A stretch of 64,000 nucleotides of DNA from Parcubacteria bacterium C7867-001 (GTDB taxonomy: Bacteria; Patescibacteriota; Minisyncoccia; Phycocordibacterales; Phycocordibacteraceae): the NCBI GenBank assembly GCA_001189095.1, contig LFCK01000002.1, positions 214,320-278,319 of the forward strand, given 5' to 3'. Within the stretch, counting starts at the first letter, position 1, and the number at the start of each line of letters is the position of its first letter. The position numbers and the translations under genes are program-made. Below the pieces are notes generated by a model. That model worked only from the letters and a program-made list of their open reading frames with translations. It ran no database searches and was not told the DNA's origin. Positions 1-8,940 of this stretch are shown here, piece after piece.

Positions 1-1
1 T

Positions 2-481
2 CGTGAAGGCGAGTGGTCGAGCGTCCTACTCGATATTCGACCGTTTTCAAATCACCGATTGCGATTCATCGTTCATAATTTCAACGCTGAAGTCGGTAAA
101 CTCGATAGTTCGCTCGTAAAGTTCGATCCGCTTACCGGAGACGTCTACTACAACTACATTTCAGGGTACACCACACCACTCCTCCGGCTCTATTGGCGCA
201 GCGCAAACCATACGCTCGAAGACGATCTTTTCGGTATCGCAATGCGGGAGGATGATCCGGTATCCGCAGAACGTCACAACAACAACTTCCGCGGCACCTG
301 CAAGCTTATGTCCGAACAGTCGAATTATGTCGACTATTATTTCTTCGTACCTAATGAAACGTATCCCACTGCCGACTGCTTCACTCCTAATTACGCTCTC
401 GTGGGTCCTTTCGTCGTCGCTCACTACACTTATAGCGACCGTGTAGGAGTGATTGCAGGTTCCATTCTCCTTGAGGACTAG
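2..481 (+). CDS. Hypothetical protein, 5'-partial (frame open to window edge)
   Basis: Frame of ORF 59..481 has no stop back to position 2; no recognisable motif. Confidence 0.5.
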   Translation, partial: REGEWSSVLLDIRPFSNHRLRFIVHNFNAEVGKLDSSLVKFDPLTGDVYYNYISGYTTPLLRLYWRSANHTLEDDLFGIAMREDDPVSAERHNNNFRGTCKLMSEQSNYVDYYFFVPNETYPTADCFTPNYALVGPFVVAHYTYSDRVGVIAGSILLED

Positions 482-526
482 AACCTGTCATTTTCTCCCC
501 CAATTGCCTGTGATAGAGTTCCCGAT

Positions 527-817
527 ATGGCTTCGGCTGATGACGTCAAAAAACTTGCTGCGCTCGCGCGCATAACCCTTTCCGAAGAGGAAATTGATAC
601 CTTCACGAAAGAATTCGAGGGTATCTTGGCGTACGTTGGCCAGATAGAATCGCTCTCGGTCACTCCCGAGGTGAATCGAGCTCCCGCAGTTCGCAACGTA
701 TTTCGTGAAGACGGTGAACCGCACGAGAAGGGGAAGTATACCGAGAAGCTCGCCGCTCAATTCCCAGAACGCGATGGTCAGTATCTCAAGGTGAAGCAGA
801 TCATTTCCCATGACTAA
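527..817 (+). CDS. gatC: Asp-tRNA(Asn)/Glu-tRNA(Gln) amidotransferase subunit C
   Basis: DVKKLAALARI...ILAYVGQI...NVFRED...YLKVKQII; overlaps gatA start. Confidence 0.95.
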   Translation: MASADDVKKLAALARITLSEEEIDTFTKEFEGILAYVGQIESLSVTPEVNRAPAVRNVFREDGEPHEKGKYTEKLAAQFPERDGQYLKVKQIISHD

Positions 818-2246
818 GGCTCCGAACGAACTCATGCTTGTCGAAGCGGCGCGTGCACTTCGCTCGCGCGAAATTACTGTGCGCGAACTCTGGGACGCGT
901 GTCACTCCGCAGCGGTTGCAAAGAATCCGGAATTGAACGCGTATCTCGAGATATTTAACGCAGATGACGCAGCGATAGACGCTGCGCAGGCACGCATCGA
1001 GAAAGAAGGCGACGCGGCACCTATGCTCTGCGGCATACCGCTCGCAATCAAGGACAACATTCTTATCGATGGGAAAACGGCGAGTGCCGCATCCAAGATG
1101 CTTGAGAATTATCGTGCGACCTACGACGCAACGGTCATCAAGAAATTAAAGGATCAAAACGCTCTCTTTATCGGACGAACGAACATGGATGAATTTGCTA
1201 TGGGCGGTTCGACCGAGCATTCGGCATTTGGTGTAACGAAGAATCCGCATGACACGAAACGAACGCCGGGCGGGTCCTCAGGCGGATCGGCCGCAGCTGT
1301 CGCTGCGGACACTTGCATCGCGGCGCTCGGAACCGACACAGGTGGCTCCATTCGCCAGCCTGCAAGCCACTGCGGAATCGTTGGCGTGAAGCCGACCTAC
1401 GGTCGCGTGTCGCGCAACGGGCTCATTGCCATGGGTTCTTCGCTCGATCAAGCAGGGCCGATGACAAAGTCGGTTGAGGATGCGCGTATCCTTCTCTCTG
1501 CGATTTCGGGTACCGATCCGCTCGATTCCACCACTATTACGGATGCAACGTACACGAACCGCACTGTGGAAGGGAAGATGCGCATCGGTGTGCCGCGAGA
1601 TCTTCTCGCGGAAGGGCTTGATGCGGATGTGCGCGAGCGGTTTGACGCGGCACTTGAAGCGTTCCGTTCGGAGGGTCATGAAGTAGTCGACGTATCTCTT
1701 CCGACGAGTCGTTACGGACTTGCTGCGTATTACATCGTGATGCCAGCCGAAGTATCGACGAACCTCGCGCGTCTCGACGGCATGCGCTACGGACACGCGG
1801 TGCGCGAGACAACGCTGCTTGACGATTATCGCGCGTCCCGCACCGAGGGATTCGGTGCAGAGACCAAGCGACGCATTCTTCTTGGTACTTATGTGCTTTC
1901 GTCAGGTTACATCGATGCGTATTACCGCAAAGCGGAAGCTGCACGTGCTCTTCTGCGGGCAGAATATGCGAAGGCGTTTGAGGGAGTGGATCTAATTGCC
2001 GTCCCGACGGTGGTTGCTCCTGCGTTCGTATTCGGTGCTAAGTCTGATCCGGTCGCTATGTATCTTGAGGACGTATTCACCGTCACCGCGAACCTCACGG
2101 GCGCTCCGGCCATCTCGGTTCCTATGGGGCGTGTCGAACGCGACGGCGTGTCGCTTCCGGTAGGAATGCACTTCACCGCGCCGCACGGAGCGGAAGACCG
2201 TTTGTTTACAGCTGCCGCACAGCTCGAGGAAAAGGGACTATACTAA
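810..2246 (+). CDS. gatA: Asp-tRNA(Asn)/Glu-tRNA(Gln) amidotransferase subunit A
   Basis: Amidase signature GIPLAIKDN, NMDEFAMG, PGGSSGGS, GTDTGGSIRQPA; KRRILLGTY. Confidence 0.97.
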   Translation: MTKAPNELMLVEAARALRSREITVRELWDACHSAAVAKNPELNAYLEIFNADDAAIDAAQARIEKEGDAAPMLCGIPLAIKDNILIDGKTASAASKMLENYRATYDATVIKKLKDQNALFIGRTNMDEFAMGGSTEHSAFGVTKNPHDTKRTPGGSSGGSAAAVAADTCIAALGTDTGGSIRQPASHCGIVGVKPTYGRVSRNGLIAMGSSLDQAGPMTKSVEDARILLSAISGTDPLDSTTITDATYTNRTVEGKMRIGVPRDLLAEGLDADVRERFDAALEAFRSEGHEVVDVSLPTSRYGLAAYYIVMPAEVSTNLARLDGMRYGHAVRETTLLDDYRASRTEGFGAETKRRILLGTYVLSSGYIDAYYRKAEAARALLRAEYAKAFEGVDLIAVPTVVAPAFVFGAKSDPVAMYLEDVFTVTANLTGAPAISVPMGRVERDGVSLPVGMHFTAPHGAEDRLFTAAAQLEEKGLY

Positions 2247-2250
2247 ACGC

Positions 2251-2835
2251 ATGTACGAAGCAGGAACCTCTGCAACCACGCCCATTCATTTCCTGAACCT
2301 CGAGTTCTTTCTCCGGCTCCTGTATGACACAGCTGTGCATCTTTCGGTTCCGGGCGGCATCATGCCGTTCCTCACCTCTGTTTGGAACCTTGTGACGATG
2401 GTTGGCTACCTTATCGCGCTCGTCTCGTTGATCTCGCTCGTGTATGCCATCGTGCGGTTGAAGCAGGTGTATGAAGCCGATGCAGTGAACTACACGACAC
2501 TCGACAGCGCACATGCAGAAAATATGACCGAGCATGCGCGTTGGAACCACATTCTCACGCTCGTCGAAAGTCCGCTTGAAAGCGATTGGCGCCAGTCCAT
2601 CATCGAAGCAGATATCATGCTGAACGACGTTCTTGAGCATCATGGCTACGAAGGAGAAACGCTCGGTGAGCGCCTGAAGCAGGCGCGCTTCGAATCTATT
2701 AATGAAGCGTGGGAGGCGCACAAGGTTCGTAACGAAATAGCGCACCAAGGTTCAACGTTTAAGGTCGATGATACCCTTGCGTACCGCACCATCCAGAAAT
2801 ACAAACGCGTCTTCGAGGAGCTCAAGGCTATTTAG
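2251..2835 (+). CDS. Conserved hypothetical membrane protein
   Basis: One TM segment, then WRQSIIEAD...GETLGERLK...AWEAHKVRNEIAH; TATACT 6 nt before ATG. Confidence 0.8.
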   Translation: MYEAGTSATTPIHFLNLEFFLRLLYDTAVHLSVPGGIMPFLTSVWNLVTMVGYLIALVSLISLVYAIVRLKQVYEADAVNYTTLDSAHAENMTEHARWNHILTLVESPLESDWRQSIIEADIMLNDVLEHHGYEGETLGERLKQARFESINEAWEAHKVRNEIAHQGSTFKVDDTLAYRTIQKYKRVFEELKAI

Positions 2836-2841
2836 TGCCGC

Positions 2842-2870
2842 TTGAAAAGAGGAGGGGGGTGGAGTAGAAT
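2842..2870 (+). promoter_or_regulatory. Sigma70-type promoter for tRNA-fMet
   Basis: TTGAAA-17nt-TAGAAT, ending 8 nt before the tRNA. Confidence 0.7.
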
Positions 2871-2878
2871 CCACGGAT

Positions 2879-2949
2879 AGCGGGGTGGACCAGCGGTAGG
2901 TCGCAAGGCTCATAACCTTGAAGCACAGGTTCGATTCCTGTCCCCGCAA
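2879..2949 (+). tRNA. Initiator tRNA-fMet (CAT), CCA not encoded
   Basis: Cloverleaf with A1xA72 mismatch, A11-U24 pair, anticodon arm CAAGG-CTCATAA-CCTTG, T-loop GTTCGATTC. Confidence 0.92.
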
Positions 2950-2952
2950 CAA

Positions 2953-2990
2953 GCAATACAAAAAGCGCCGAAAGGCGCTTTTTGTATTGC
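2953..2990 (+). terminator. Intrinsic terminator-like hairpin after tRNA-fMet
   Basis: GCAATACAAAAAGCGCC-GAAA-GGCGCTTTTTGTATTGC. Confidence 0.75.
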
Positions 2991-2993
2991 GCC

Positions 2994-3159
2994 GTTGCGG
3001 GGAAGAGAAGCGCGGGGCGCTTCTCGTCAGGAATCGAACGCCGGAGTATGTTTCGCTCAGCAGAGCGAAACGACGAGGCGGTGCCCAGAGCGAATGCGAG
3101 TGTCGACGAGCATTCGACTCGCGGGCGATATGTCGTACTCGACGGTCCTGTCCCCTCAC
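2994..3159 (+). repeat. tRNA-associated structured element, copy 1 (antisense and sense copies of tRNA-fMet 3' end)
   Basis: 2994-3003 plus 3028-3039 are the exact reverse complement of 2929-2950; AGCA-loop hairpin 3051-3070; sense copy TCCTGTCCCC 3146-3155. Confidence 0.8.
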
Positions 3160-3244
3160 TTCGTGGCCGACACATGCTTACCTTCCCCAGAAGGACACTT
3201 CCTGTCCTTCTGTCCCCAACTCCTCAAAGTGCTACACTATTCTC

Positions 3245-3646
3245 ATGAAAGGCTTCACCACCAACATCGAACAAGCAGCACTTGAAAACGAGTCATTCCG
3301 ACGTGTTCTGTACACGGCAAAGCATTCGCAGCTCGTCCTTATGAGTCTCTCGGCAGGCGAAGAAATCGGCGAAGAGGTGCATGACGTGGATCAGTTTATC
3401 CGCATTGAAGAAGGGGAGGGGACGTGCGTTATGGACGGCGAAGAACAGACACTTACCGATGGTTTTATCGTACTTGTGCCTGCTGGCGTTCGTCACAACA
3501 TTATTAATACCTCGCGCGACGAAGCGATGAAGCTGTATACACTCTATGCGCCGCCCCACCACAAGGATGGCACGGTGCACGAAACCAAGGCCGAAGCCGA
3601 AGCAAGCGAAGAACACTACGATGGAACAACGACCGACAACGTCTAG
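3245..3646 (+). CDS. Cupin domain protein
   Basis: QLVLMSL...EIGEEVH...DQFIRIEEG...VPAGVRHNIIN; TACACT 6 nt upstream; the longer ORF runs through the tRNA. Confidence 0.9.
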   Translation: MKGFTTNIEQAALENESFRRVLYTAKHSQLVLMSLSAGEEIGEEVHDVDQFIRIEEGEGTCVMDGEEQTLTDGFIVLVPAGVRHNIINTSRDEAMKLYTLYAPPHHKDGTVHETKAEAEASEEHYDGTTTDNV

Positions 3647-4121
3647 CCGGCTCAAGCTCAATCATTTCGCGATCCCCTATTTCGCGATACTCGCGTTCAT
3701 GTTTGGCGGGATTTTAAATAGTGGCGGTATCGACTGGTACGCGTCGCTGGTCCTTCCGTCATGGAGTCCGCCAAACATTCTCATTGCACTTATATGGGCG
3801 ATCATCTATGTGTGTGCAACGGCGTCACTTCTCATTGTTTGGAACAAAACACCGCATGATGCGCGGTTCCGTACTATCGTTGTCGGGTATGGCGTGGTCA
3901 CGCTCATCAATTTCCTCTGGAGCATACTCTTTTTCGATCTGCATATGCTGGTATGGTCGGTTGTGTGCTCGGTTGTTCTCGCGGTAGCCCTCGGCGTTCT
4001 TGCCAAACTCATTGAGCCTCGCTCTCGAGTGGCCGCGCTCCTTCTTCTGCCGTATATCGTGTGGGTGCTGTTTGCCTTTCGTCTCACAGCGTCCGTTACT
4101 GCGCTCAACCTCCCGCTGTAG
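3621..4121 (+). CDS. tspO: TspO/MBR family tryptophan-rich sensory protein
   Basis: WYASLVLPSWSPP...NFLWSILFF...AALLLLPYIVWVLFA. Confidence 0.85.
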   Translation: MEQRPTTSSRLKLNHFAIPYFAILAFMFGGILNSGGIDWYASLVLPSWSPPNILIALIWAIIYVCATASLLIVWNKTPHDARFRTIVVGYGVVTLINFLWSILFFDLHMLVWSVVCSVVLAVALGVLAKLIEPRSRVAALLLLPYIVWVLFAFRLTASVTALNLPL

Positions 4122-4229
4122 AGACATTCATGAATGTATAAACGAGTGTCTTAACCAAAAGTTAAGGCGAGTACGGCTATAGTGCATGTGGTCGAACCTC
4201 GTTATCAGCACGCTAACTGATACATGCGT

Positions 4230-4412
4230 ATGGCAGATCGCACCACTATGAGTCGTCGCGGCTTCGCGGTGATGGATGAAGACCGGCAGCGCGAAATCGC
4301 GAGCATGGGAGGCAAGGCAGCACACGCTCAGGGAACCGCCCACCGATTCAATTCGGAAGAGGCAAGAATCGCAAGCCAGAAGGGCGGTAGAGTCCGGCAA
4401 GAGGCGGGCTGA
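4230..4412 (+). CDS. KGG-repeat general stress protein (YciG/GsiB-like)
   Basis: RGFAVMDEDRQREIASMGGKAAH...HRFNSEEARIASQKGG. Confidence 0.85.
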   Translation: MADRTTMSRRGFAVMDEDRQREIASMGGKAAHAQGTAHRFNSEEARIASQKGGRVRQEAG

Positions 4413-4447
4413 CCCTCGACGTGCTCAATGAGTACCCTCCATAAGAA

Positions 4448-4473
4448 AAGCGTCGGCCAAAAGGCCGACGCTT
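4448..4473. terminator. Hairpin terminator between convergent genes
   Basis: AAGCGTCGGCC-AAAA-GGCCGACGCTT. Confidence 0.6.
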
Positions 4474-5139
4474 CTATATAGTGGGGAACCATTGCGAGAC
4501 GACTTTCGTCCCGCCCGGCTCAAGCGCGACGAACCCGTTCGGGTTCGCCGTGAAGTGAGTCGAGGGCATGGAATATTCGTACCAGAAACTGATAACGACG
4601 CTCCACACTCCGGGGGGATACACGCTCGATTGGTGCTCATCGTAGTCGTCGTCAGACGACGTGATGCGACTCAGTCGCGCAGAAGAAGTCATCTTGAACT
4701 CTGTCTTGATGCCGTTCACTTCCCACGATGTGAGTCGTCGGATCTGAGACGTGTCAACGTCATAGATGCCGAACTCTTCGCCGATACCTCGTATGAGGGC
4801 TCGCATCGGTTTCTCGACTTTCCGCTTGCGATTCCGGTTGCGTTTGGGTGTCTCACTCAAGCCCCATGGCTTTACCTTCTCAATGGACGTACCGCTGGGG
4901 AGAATACGACGTACTTCCCGAAGCGTGTGCGTGCAAAGATGGGGCTCCGGCCCGCTCCGAACAATGCTCTTTGCGCTATGCGCAAAACGAGCAAACGTCC
5001 CGTTTACGAGTATCGGTAGCACATCGAGTTCGTTAGTCTCGATGTAAAGATCGTGTAGGCTTTTGTACTCCGGAAGATTGAAGTCTTCCGGTCGTACGCC
5101 GCCCCTTCCAAGGAGGGCGAGTAATTTTTCATACTTCAT
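4474..5139 (-). CDS. Hypothetical protein with degenerate Nudix-box-like motif
   Basis: EKPMRALIRGIGEEFGI resembles EX7REUXEEXGU; GGAGG SD upstream. Confidence 0.6.
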   Translation of the reverse strand: MKYEKLLALLGRGGVRPEDFNLPEYKSLHDLYIETNELDVLPILVNGTFARFAHSAKSIVRSGPEPHLCTHTLREVRRILPSGTSIEKVKPWGLSETPKRNRNRKRKVEKPMRALIRGIGEEFGIYDVDTSQIRRLTSWEVNGIKTEFKMTSSARLSRITSSDDDYDEHQSSVYPPGVWSVVISFWYEYSMPSTHFTANPNGFVALEPGGTKVVSQWFPTI

Positions 5140-5200
5140 CCTCGCCTCCGTGGATTCGTATTCTGCCTAGAGCCTACCTGTTGGGACTGCATTCTGCAAT

Positions 5201-7210
5201 CTAGAGACCCGGCACCACGCGGGTAAGCTCTGCGAGGCCGATGGGTTTGACGAGGTACTCGTCGAACCCTGCCGCCTCGGCGCGGGTCCGTGTTTCCTCG
5301 AGACTGTAGCCGGTGAGCGCAATGAGTTTGCCATCAAACCCGAGTGCGCGGAGGTCGTGCGCAACGTCAAAGCCATCGCGGCCCGGAAGGCCGATATCGA
5401 GCAGTATCGTATCGGGGCGGTTGTTCTGCACAGACTCGACGGCTTGATCGCCGTCATACGCGTACGAAACGGAAGCGCCACGCAGCTCGAGAAGTTTTCC
5501 GATGCCCCATGATGCTGCGTCGTTATCGTCAACAACGAGAACGCGCGGTCCCGAACCCTGCTTTTCGCGTGGGTGCAGCACGTTCGGTTTTTGAGGGAGG
5601 ATCTCTTTCGATGCGCGATTCTGTTTCGAGCGGGGAAGTCGGACGACGAAGGTGCTGCCAGCATCCTTGCCAGCGCTCTCCGCACGAACGCTTCCGCCAT
5701 GCATTTCGACCAAACTCCGAACGAGTGCGAGTCCGATGCCAAGGCCTTTGTTGGCTTTGCTGCCAGTTTCTGCTTGGCGGAATGGCTCGAAGATGTACGC
5801 GAGCGTGTCAGGCGCGATGCCGATGCCATTGTCTTGTACGCGTAGTTCGACGTCGTTTCCCTTCTCTCCGATCGAGATAGTGATGCGGTCGCCTGCGTTT
5901 GAGTAGCGGGATGCGTTCGTAAGGAGGTTGCTCACTATTTGTTCGATACGAGTGGAATCGCCGTCGACAAGTAGGGTGTCGGAGGGTGCCTGTATGAAGA
6001 GTTGCTGGTGCCGTTCCTTGAATGAGTGATCGGTCGAAAGTGCTGCTTTGCGAACGACCTGTTCAACGTCCACAACCTCTCGTTGGAGCGAAAGTTTTCC
6101 TTCAGAAATGCGGGATACGTCCAGAAGGTCGTCGAGCAAGCGCTTCACCACGTGCATGCGGTCGTCCATGATCGTGAGTGCTTCGGTGTCCTCTGCATCA
6201 AAGCCTCCTTTCGCCTTCAGGTATTCGATCGAGGCGACTACTGGCGCAAGTGGGTTGCGTAGTTCATGTGCGAGCACGGCGATAAAGTCGTTTTTCGCTC
6301 GCGACTCCACCGAGATGCGTGATACGGCATTCTCAAGGTTTGCGACCTGCAGCCGAAGAAGATTCGAGGTGACCCGGCGACTTTCCTCAAGCGATGAGAA
6401 GGACAGGAACAGCAGCCCGACGATGATGAGGAACAGCTCCGTTTGGTAGAGGCGATCACCAAAGAGTTCCGGCGCGGGCACGTGCGGTCCCACAAGAAGG
6501 CTCGCGACTGCGAACACCGAAGTCACGATAAGTGCGAGAGTGATGAATCGTGGTCGCAGCCGCAGTGCAATCCAGAAGAGTGGAATGAGCATGAAGTAGA
6601 CGAATGAAATTCCGGCGATCGTCGGTATGTTCGTAAAGAAGAGGAAATATTCAATGGTGCCGAGCAGGAGAAACGCCGCAGCGGTTTCAAGGAGTTCAAG
6701 CCAACGGCGTGCGAATCGGGGCTTTACCCACCAGCGCATAACAAACGGCGTTACCACGAACACGGTAAATATGGTCGCCACGTACCACGGCCCCCAGCCG
6801 ATCGAGATGCGCGCAGGGAATCCGAGGGCGTCGCTCGCAAAATGCGCGAATGTTCCGGCGGTGGGGATGATAAGCGAAGAGGCCAGTGCGGCGATGAACA
6901 GAATGAATACATCTCGCCAGCTTCGGAACAACGGGTCGATGTTCTGCGAGCGCAGTATGTATGCGCCCGCTACCGCGAACAGTGCGTGAGCAAGCGGCAT
7001 GACGAGGAGCGAAATCGGTGAGGCGCCTGCGATGAGTCCATTCGTGAGAGAGGCGAAGTACACGATCGGCCAGAACGCGAGGCCCTCAAGCGCGAGAATG
7101 CCTATGGCTATGCCGGTGGCAGGGAAGATGACTGCCGGTGGCGGAACGAGCGAAGATACGCGCGCGAGGATCAGAAAGGCAAGGAAGAGCGTGCAGGACA
7201 CGAAAAACAC
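5201..7210 (-). CDS. Hybrid sensor histidine kinase (MASE1-like membrane domain, HisKA, HATPase, receiver)
   Basis: Multi-TM N-terminus; H-box AHELRNPL; NLLTNASRY, DNGIGI, GLGIGL; receiver VLVVDD...LLDIGLP...LVKP; start codon uncertain. Confidence 0.9.
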   Translation of the reverse strand: MFFVSCTLFLAFLILARVSSLVPPPAVIFPATGIAIGILALEGLAFWPIVYFASLTNGLIAGASPISLLVMPLAHALFAVAGAYILRSQNIDPLFRSWRDVFILFIAALASSLIIPTAGTFAHFASDALGFPARISIGWGPWYVATIFTVFVVTPFVMRWWVKPRFARRWLELLETAAAFLLLGTIEYFLFFTNIPTIAGISFVYFMLIPLFWIALRLRPRFITLALIVTSVFAVASLLVGPHVPAPELFGDRLYQTELFLIIVGLLFLSFSSLEESRRVTSNLLRLQVANLENAVSRISVESRAKNDFIAVLAHELRNPLAPVVASIEYLKAKGGFDAEDTEALTIMDDRMHVVKRLLDDLLDVSRISEGKLSLQREVVDVEQVVRKAALSTDHSFKERHQQLFIQAPSDTLLVDGDSTRIEQIVSNLLTNASRYSNAGDRITISIGEKGNDVELRVQDNGIGIAPDTLAYIFEPFRQAETGSKANKGLGIGLALVRSLVEMHGGSVRAESAGKDAGSTFVVRLPRSKQNRASKEILPQKPNVLHPREKQGSGPRVLVVDDNDAASWGIGKLLELRGASVSYAYDGDQAVESVQNNRPDTILLDIGLPGRDGFDVAHDLRALGFDGKLIALTGYSLEETRTRAEAAGFDEYLVKPIGLAELTRVVPGL

Positions 7211-7306
7211 CCGTTTTTTGAAGAGCGGGCTCCGAAAGAGGAGCGGGTAGGTTGGCGCTGCTATACGTTATAGATGATACCAAAAAGGGATATGAAGAAC
7301 GGATGA

Positions 7307-7351
7307 GCTTACAGAAACGCCGGAAGCGAAGCTTCCGGCGTTTCTGTAAGC
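7307..7351 (-). terminator. Long perfect hairpin downstream of the 7358..7825 gene
   Basis: GCTTACAGAAACGCCGGAAGC-GAA-GCTTCCGGCGTTTCTGTAAGC. Confidence 0.6.
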
Positions 7352-7357
7352 GATTTC

Positions 7358-7825
7358 TTAGCTGTAGATCGGGCGATACTCTTCATCATCACGCGAACGG
7401 CGGGTCAACGCCCAGATTCCGATGCCGACGAGCGCGAGGAGGAACAGCGCGCCAGCAACGAAGCTTGGTGTTAAGACGTCCATAAACGAGACAGATGCTT
7501 CAGTCGCAGGCGCTGGAGCCGGTGCGGCTGATGGTTCCACTACAGGAGTTGTCACGCTTCCGTCGACTGGTGCGGAGACGCCAGAGTTTGGTATGAGGGC
7601 CGAGCCGTCACTCGTCACTGCGACGGGAGATGGTTGCGTTCCGGCTTCGCTCATAAGTTGTCCTCCAGCGCCGGTTGCGAGTCCCTGACGATACTGGTAG
7701 CCCGTATCGAATCCGGTCACCATTGCGGACGCGGGAAGCGCAAGCAGAAGACTCGCCGCGAATACCGCACCGAGTGCGCCGAGGACGGCGCCACTCACGA
7801 AGAATGTTCCAGTTGAGTTGTGCAT
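7358..7825 (-). CDS. Hypothetical surface protein (signal peptide, P/A/S/T-rich linker, C-terminal TM anchor)
   Basis: Hydrophobic N-terminus ending ASA, PAPAPAT linker, TM followed by RRSR. Confidence 0.7.
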   Translation of the reverse strand: MHNSTGTFFVSGAVLGALGAVFAASLLLALPASAMVTGFDTGYQYRQGLATGAGGQLMSEAGTQPSPVAVTSDGSALIPNSGVSAPVDGSVTTPVVEPSAAPAPAPATEASVSFMDVLTPSFVAGALFLLALVGIGIWALTRRSRDDEEYRPIYS

Positions 7826-8012
7826 AGAAAGTTGTGTTATCCGATAAGAGGGACGCGCTTCCTTCCTGGGGAGAAGGGGAGCGGACGTTCCTGCTAAGGA
7901 GCATGCGCTACAGGCCCTGAAGCCGCAGTGAAAAACTCATGAGCCCCAGATGAACGAAACAGAGCAAGAGTTTGACTTTTTATCAAAAATATGTTATCCA
8001 CACTGACAGTGC

Positions 8013-8048
8013 TTGCGCCGCCGAGTACTTAGTGTATATTTAACACTA
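8013..8048 (+). promoter_or_regulatory. Promoter of the PP2C-kinase-nicotinamidase operon with NrtR-type operator over the -10
   Basis: TTGCGC-16nt-TATATT; perfect palindrome TAGTGT-ATATTTA-ACACTA at 8030-8048 matches the NrtR GT-N7-AC core. Confidence 0.75.
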
Positions 8049-8115
8049 GATTGTGCAGCGGCACAGGAGTTCCTTGAAAGGACCCATACCCATCTAACAA
8101 AGGAAGGTGTCTCTG

Positions 8116-8940
8116 ATGGAGGCTCTACCATTCGTGGTCGCTGGGGGCTCTGTCCCTGGAACTGACCACACCAAGCCTGGGCAACCCGGCTGGATCAACA
8201 ACCAAGATGCGTTCGCCTGGATGAAGACCGATAACGTGCTGGTAGCTGTGGTCTGCGACGGGTGCGGCAGTATGCCGCACAGCGACGTGGGCGCGCAGCT
8301 TATGGCACCGCTTATCGCAAAGCATTTGGCCGTAGTGTCGGAAGACCTGCAGCCTAAAGATGCATTCACTATGCTCGAACGCTGGGTGTATCCATTTATG
8401 GAACACACTGCGCGCGCCATAGGTGTCGACGTTCAAAAAACCATTAACGAGTATTTCTTGTTCACGGTGCTCGGCGTTCTCATAACTCCTAAGCACACGG
8501 TGATCTTCGAAGCGGGGGATGGTGTCTATGCCGTGAATGGCGAGACAACCGTCATACCACCCTATCCCGATAACGCGCCGCCCTACTTAGGACATCGCTT
8601 TACGGGAGGGTGGCCTCGCAACCAAATTGGTATTCGTATCCGCGAACAGCGCAAAACAGAAGAGATCACCTCAATTCTGCTTGGCACTGATGGCGTCACT
8701 GACGTCATTCGCGCGCGCGACAAACCATTTCCCGGACGTAAAGAAGGACCGGTTTTCGGACCGCTCTCTCAGTTCTGGGAAGACGAGCTCTTCGTCGCTA
8801 ACTCCGACATGATTCGTCGGGGTCTCGCGCGTGCGAATCGTGAAGCTGTGGAAGATGGACTGATCAAGAAGGGATTGCTCTCGGACGACACTACTATTGT
8901 TGTTGTTCGTCGGCAGTCAGAAGGAGGCGGTAATGCCTAA
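8116..8940 (+). CDS. PP2C-family protein phosphatase (TerY-P type)
   Basis: GTDH...NNQDA, VVCDGCGS, AGDG, LGTDG, SDDTT motifs; SD AAGGAAGG. Confidence 0.9.
   Translation: MEALPFVVAGGSVPGTDHTKPGQPGWINNQDAFAWMKTDNVLVAVVCDGCGSMPHSDVGAQLMAPLIAKHLAVVSEDLQPKDAFTMLERWVYPFMEHTARAIGVDVQKTINEYFLFTVLGVLITPKHTVIFEAGDGVYAVNGETTVIPPYPDNAPPYLGHRFTGGWPRNQIGIRIREQRKTEEITSILLGTDGVTDVIRARDKPFPGRKEGPVFGPLSQFWEDELFVANSDMIRRGLARANREAVEDGLIKKGLLSDDTTIVVVRRQSEGGGNA

Noticed and set aside
527-2246. Absence of gatB next to gatCA as a novelty
   Set aside because: gatB is often encoded separately; this cannot be judged from one window.
2918-3244. N-terminal extension of the cupin ORF and other short ORFs here
   Set aside because: They run through the tRNA and the structured element; the cupin has its own -10 and ATG at 3245.
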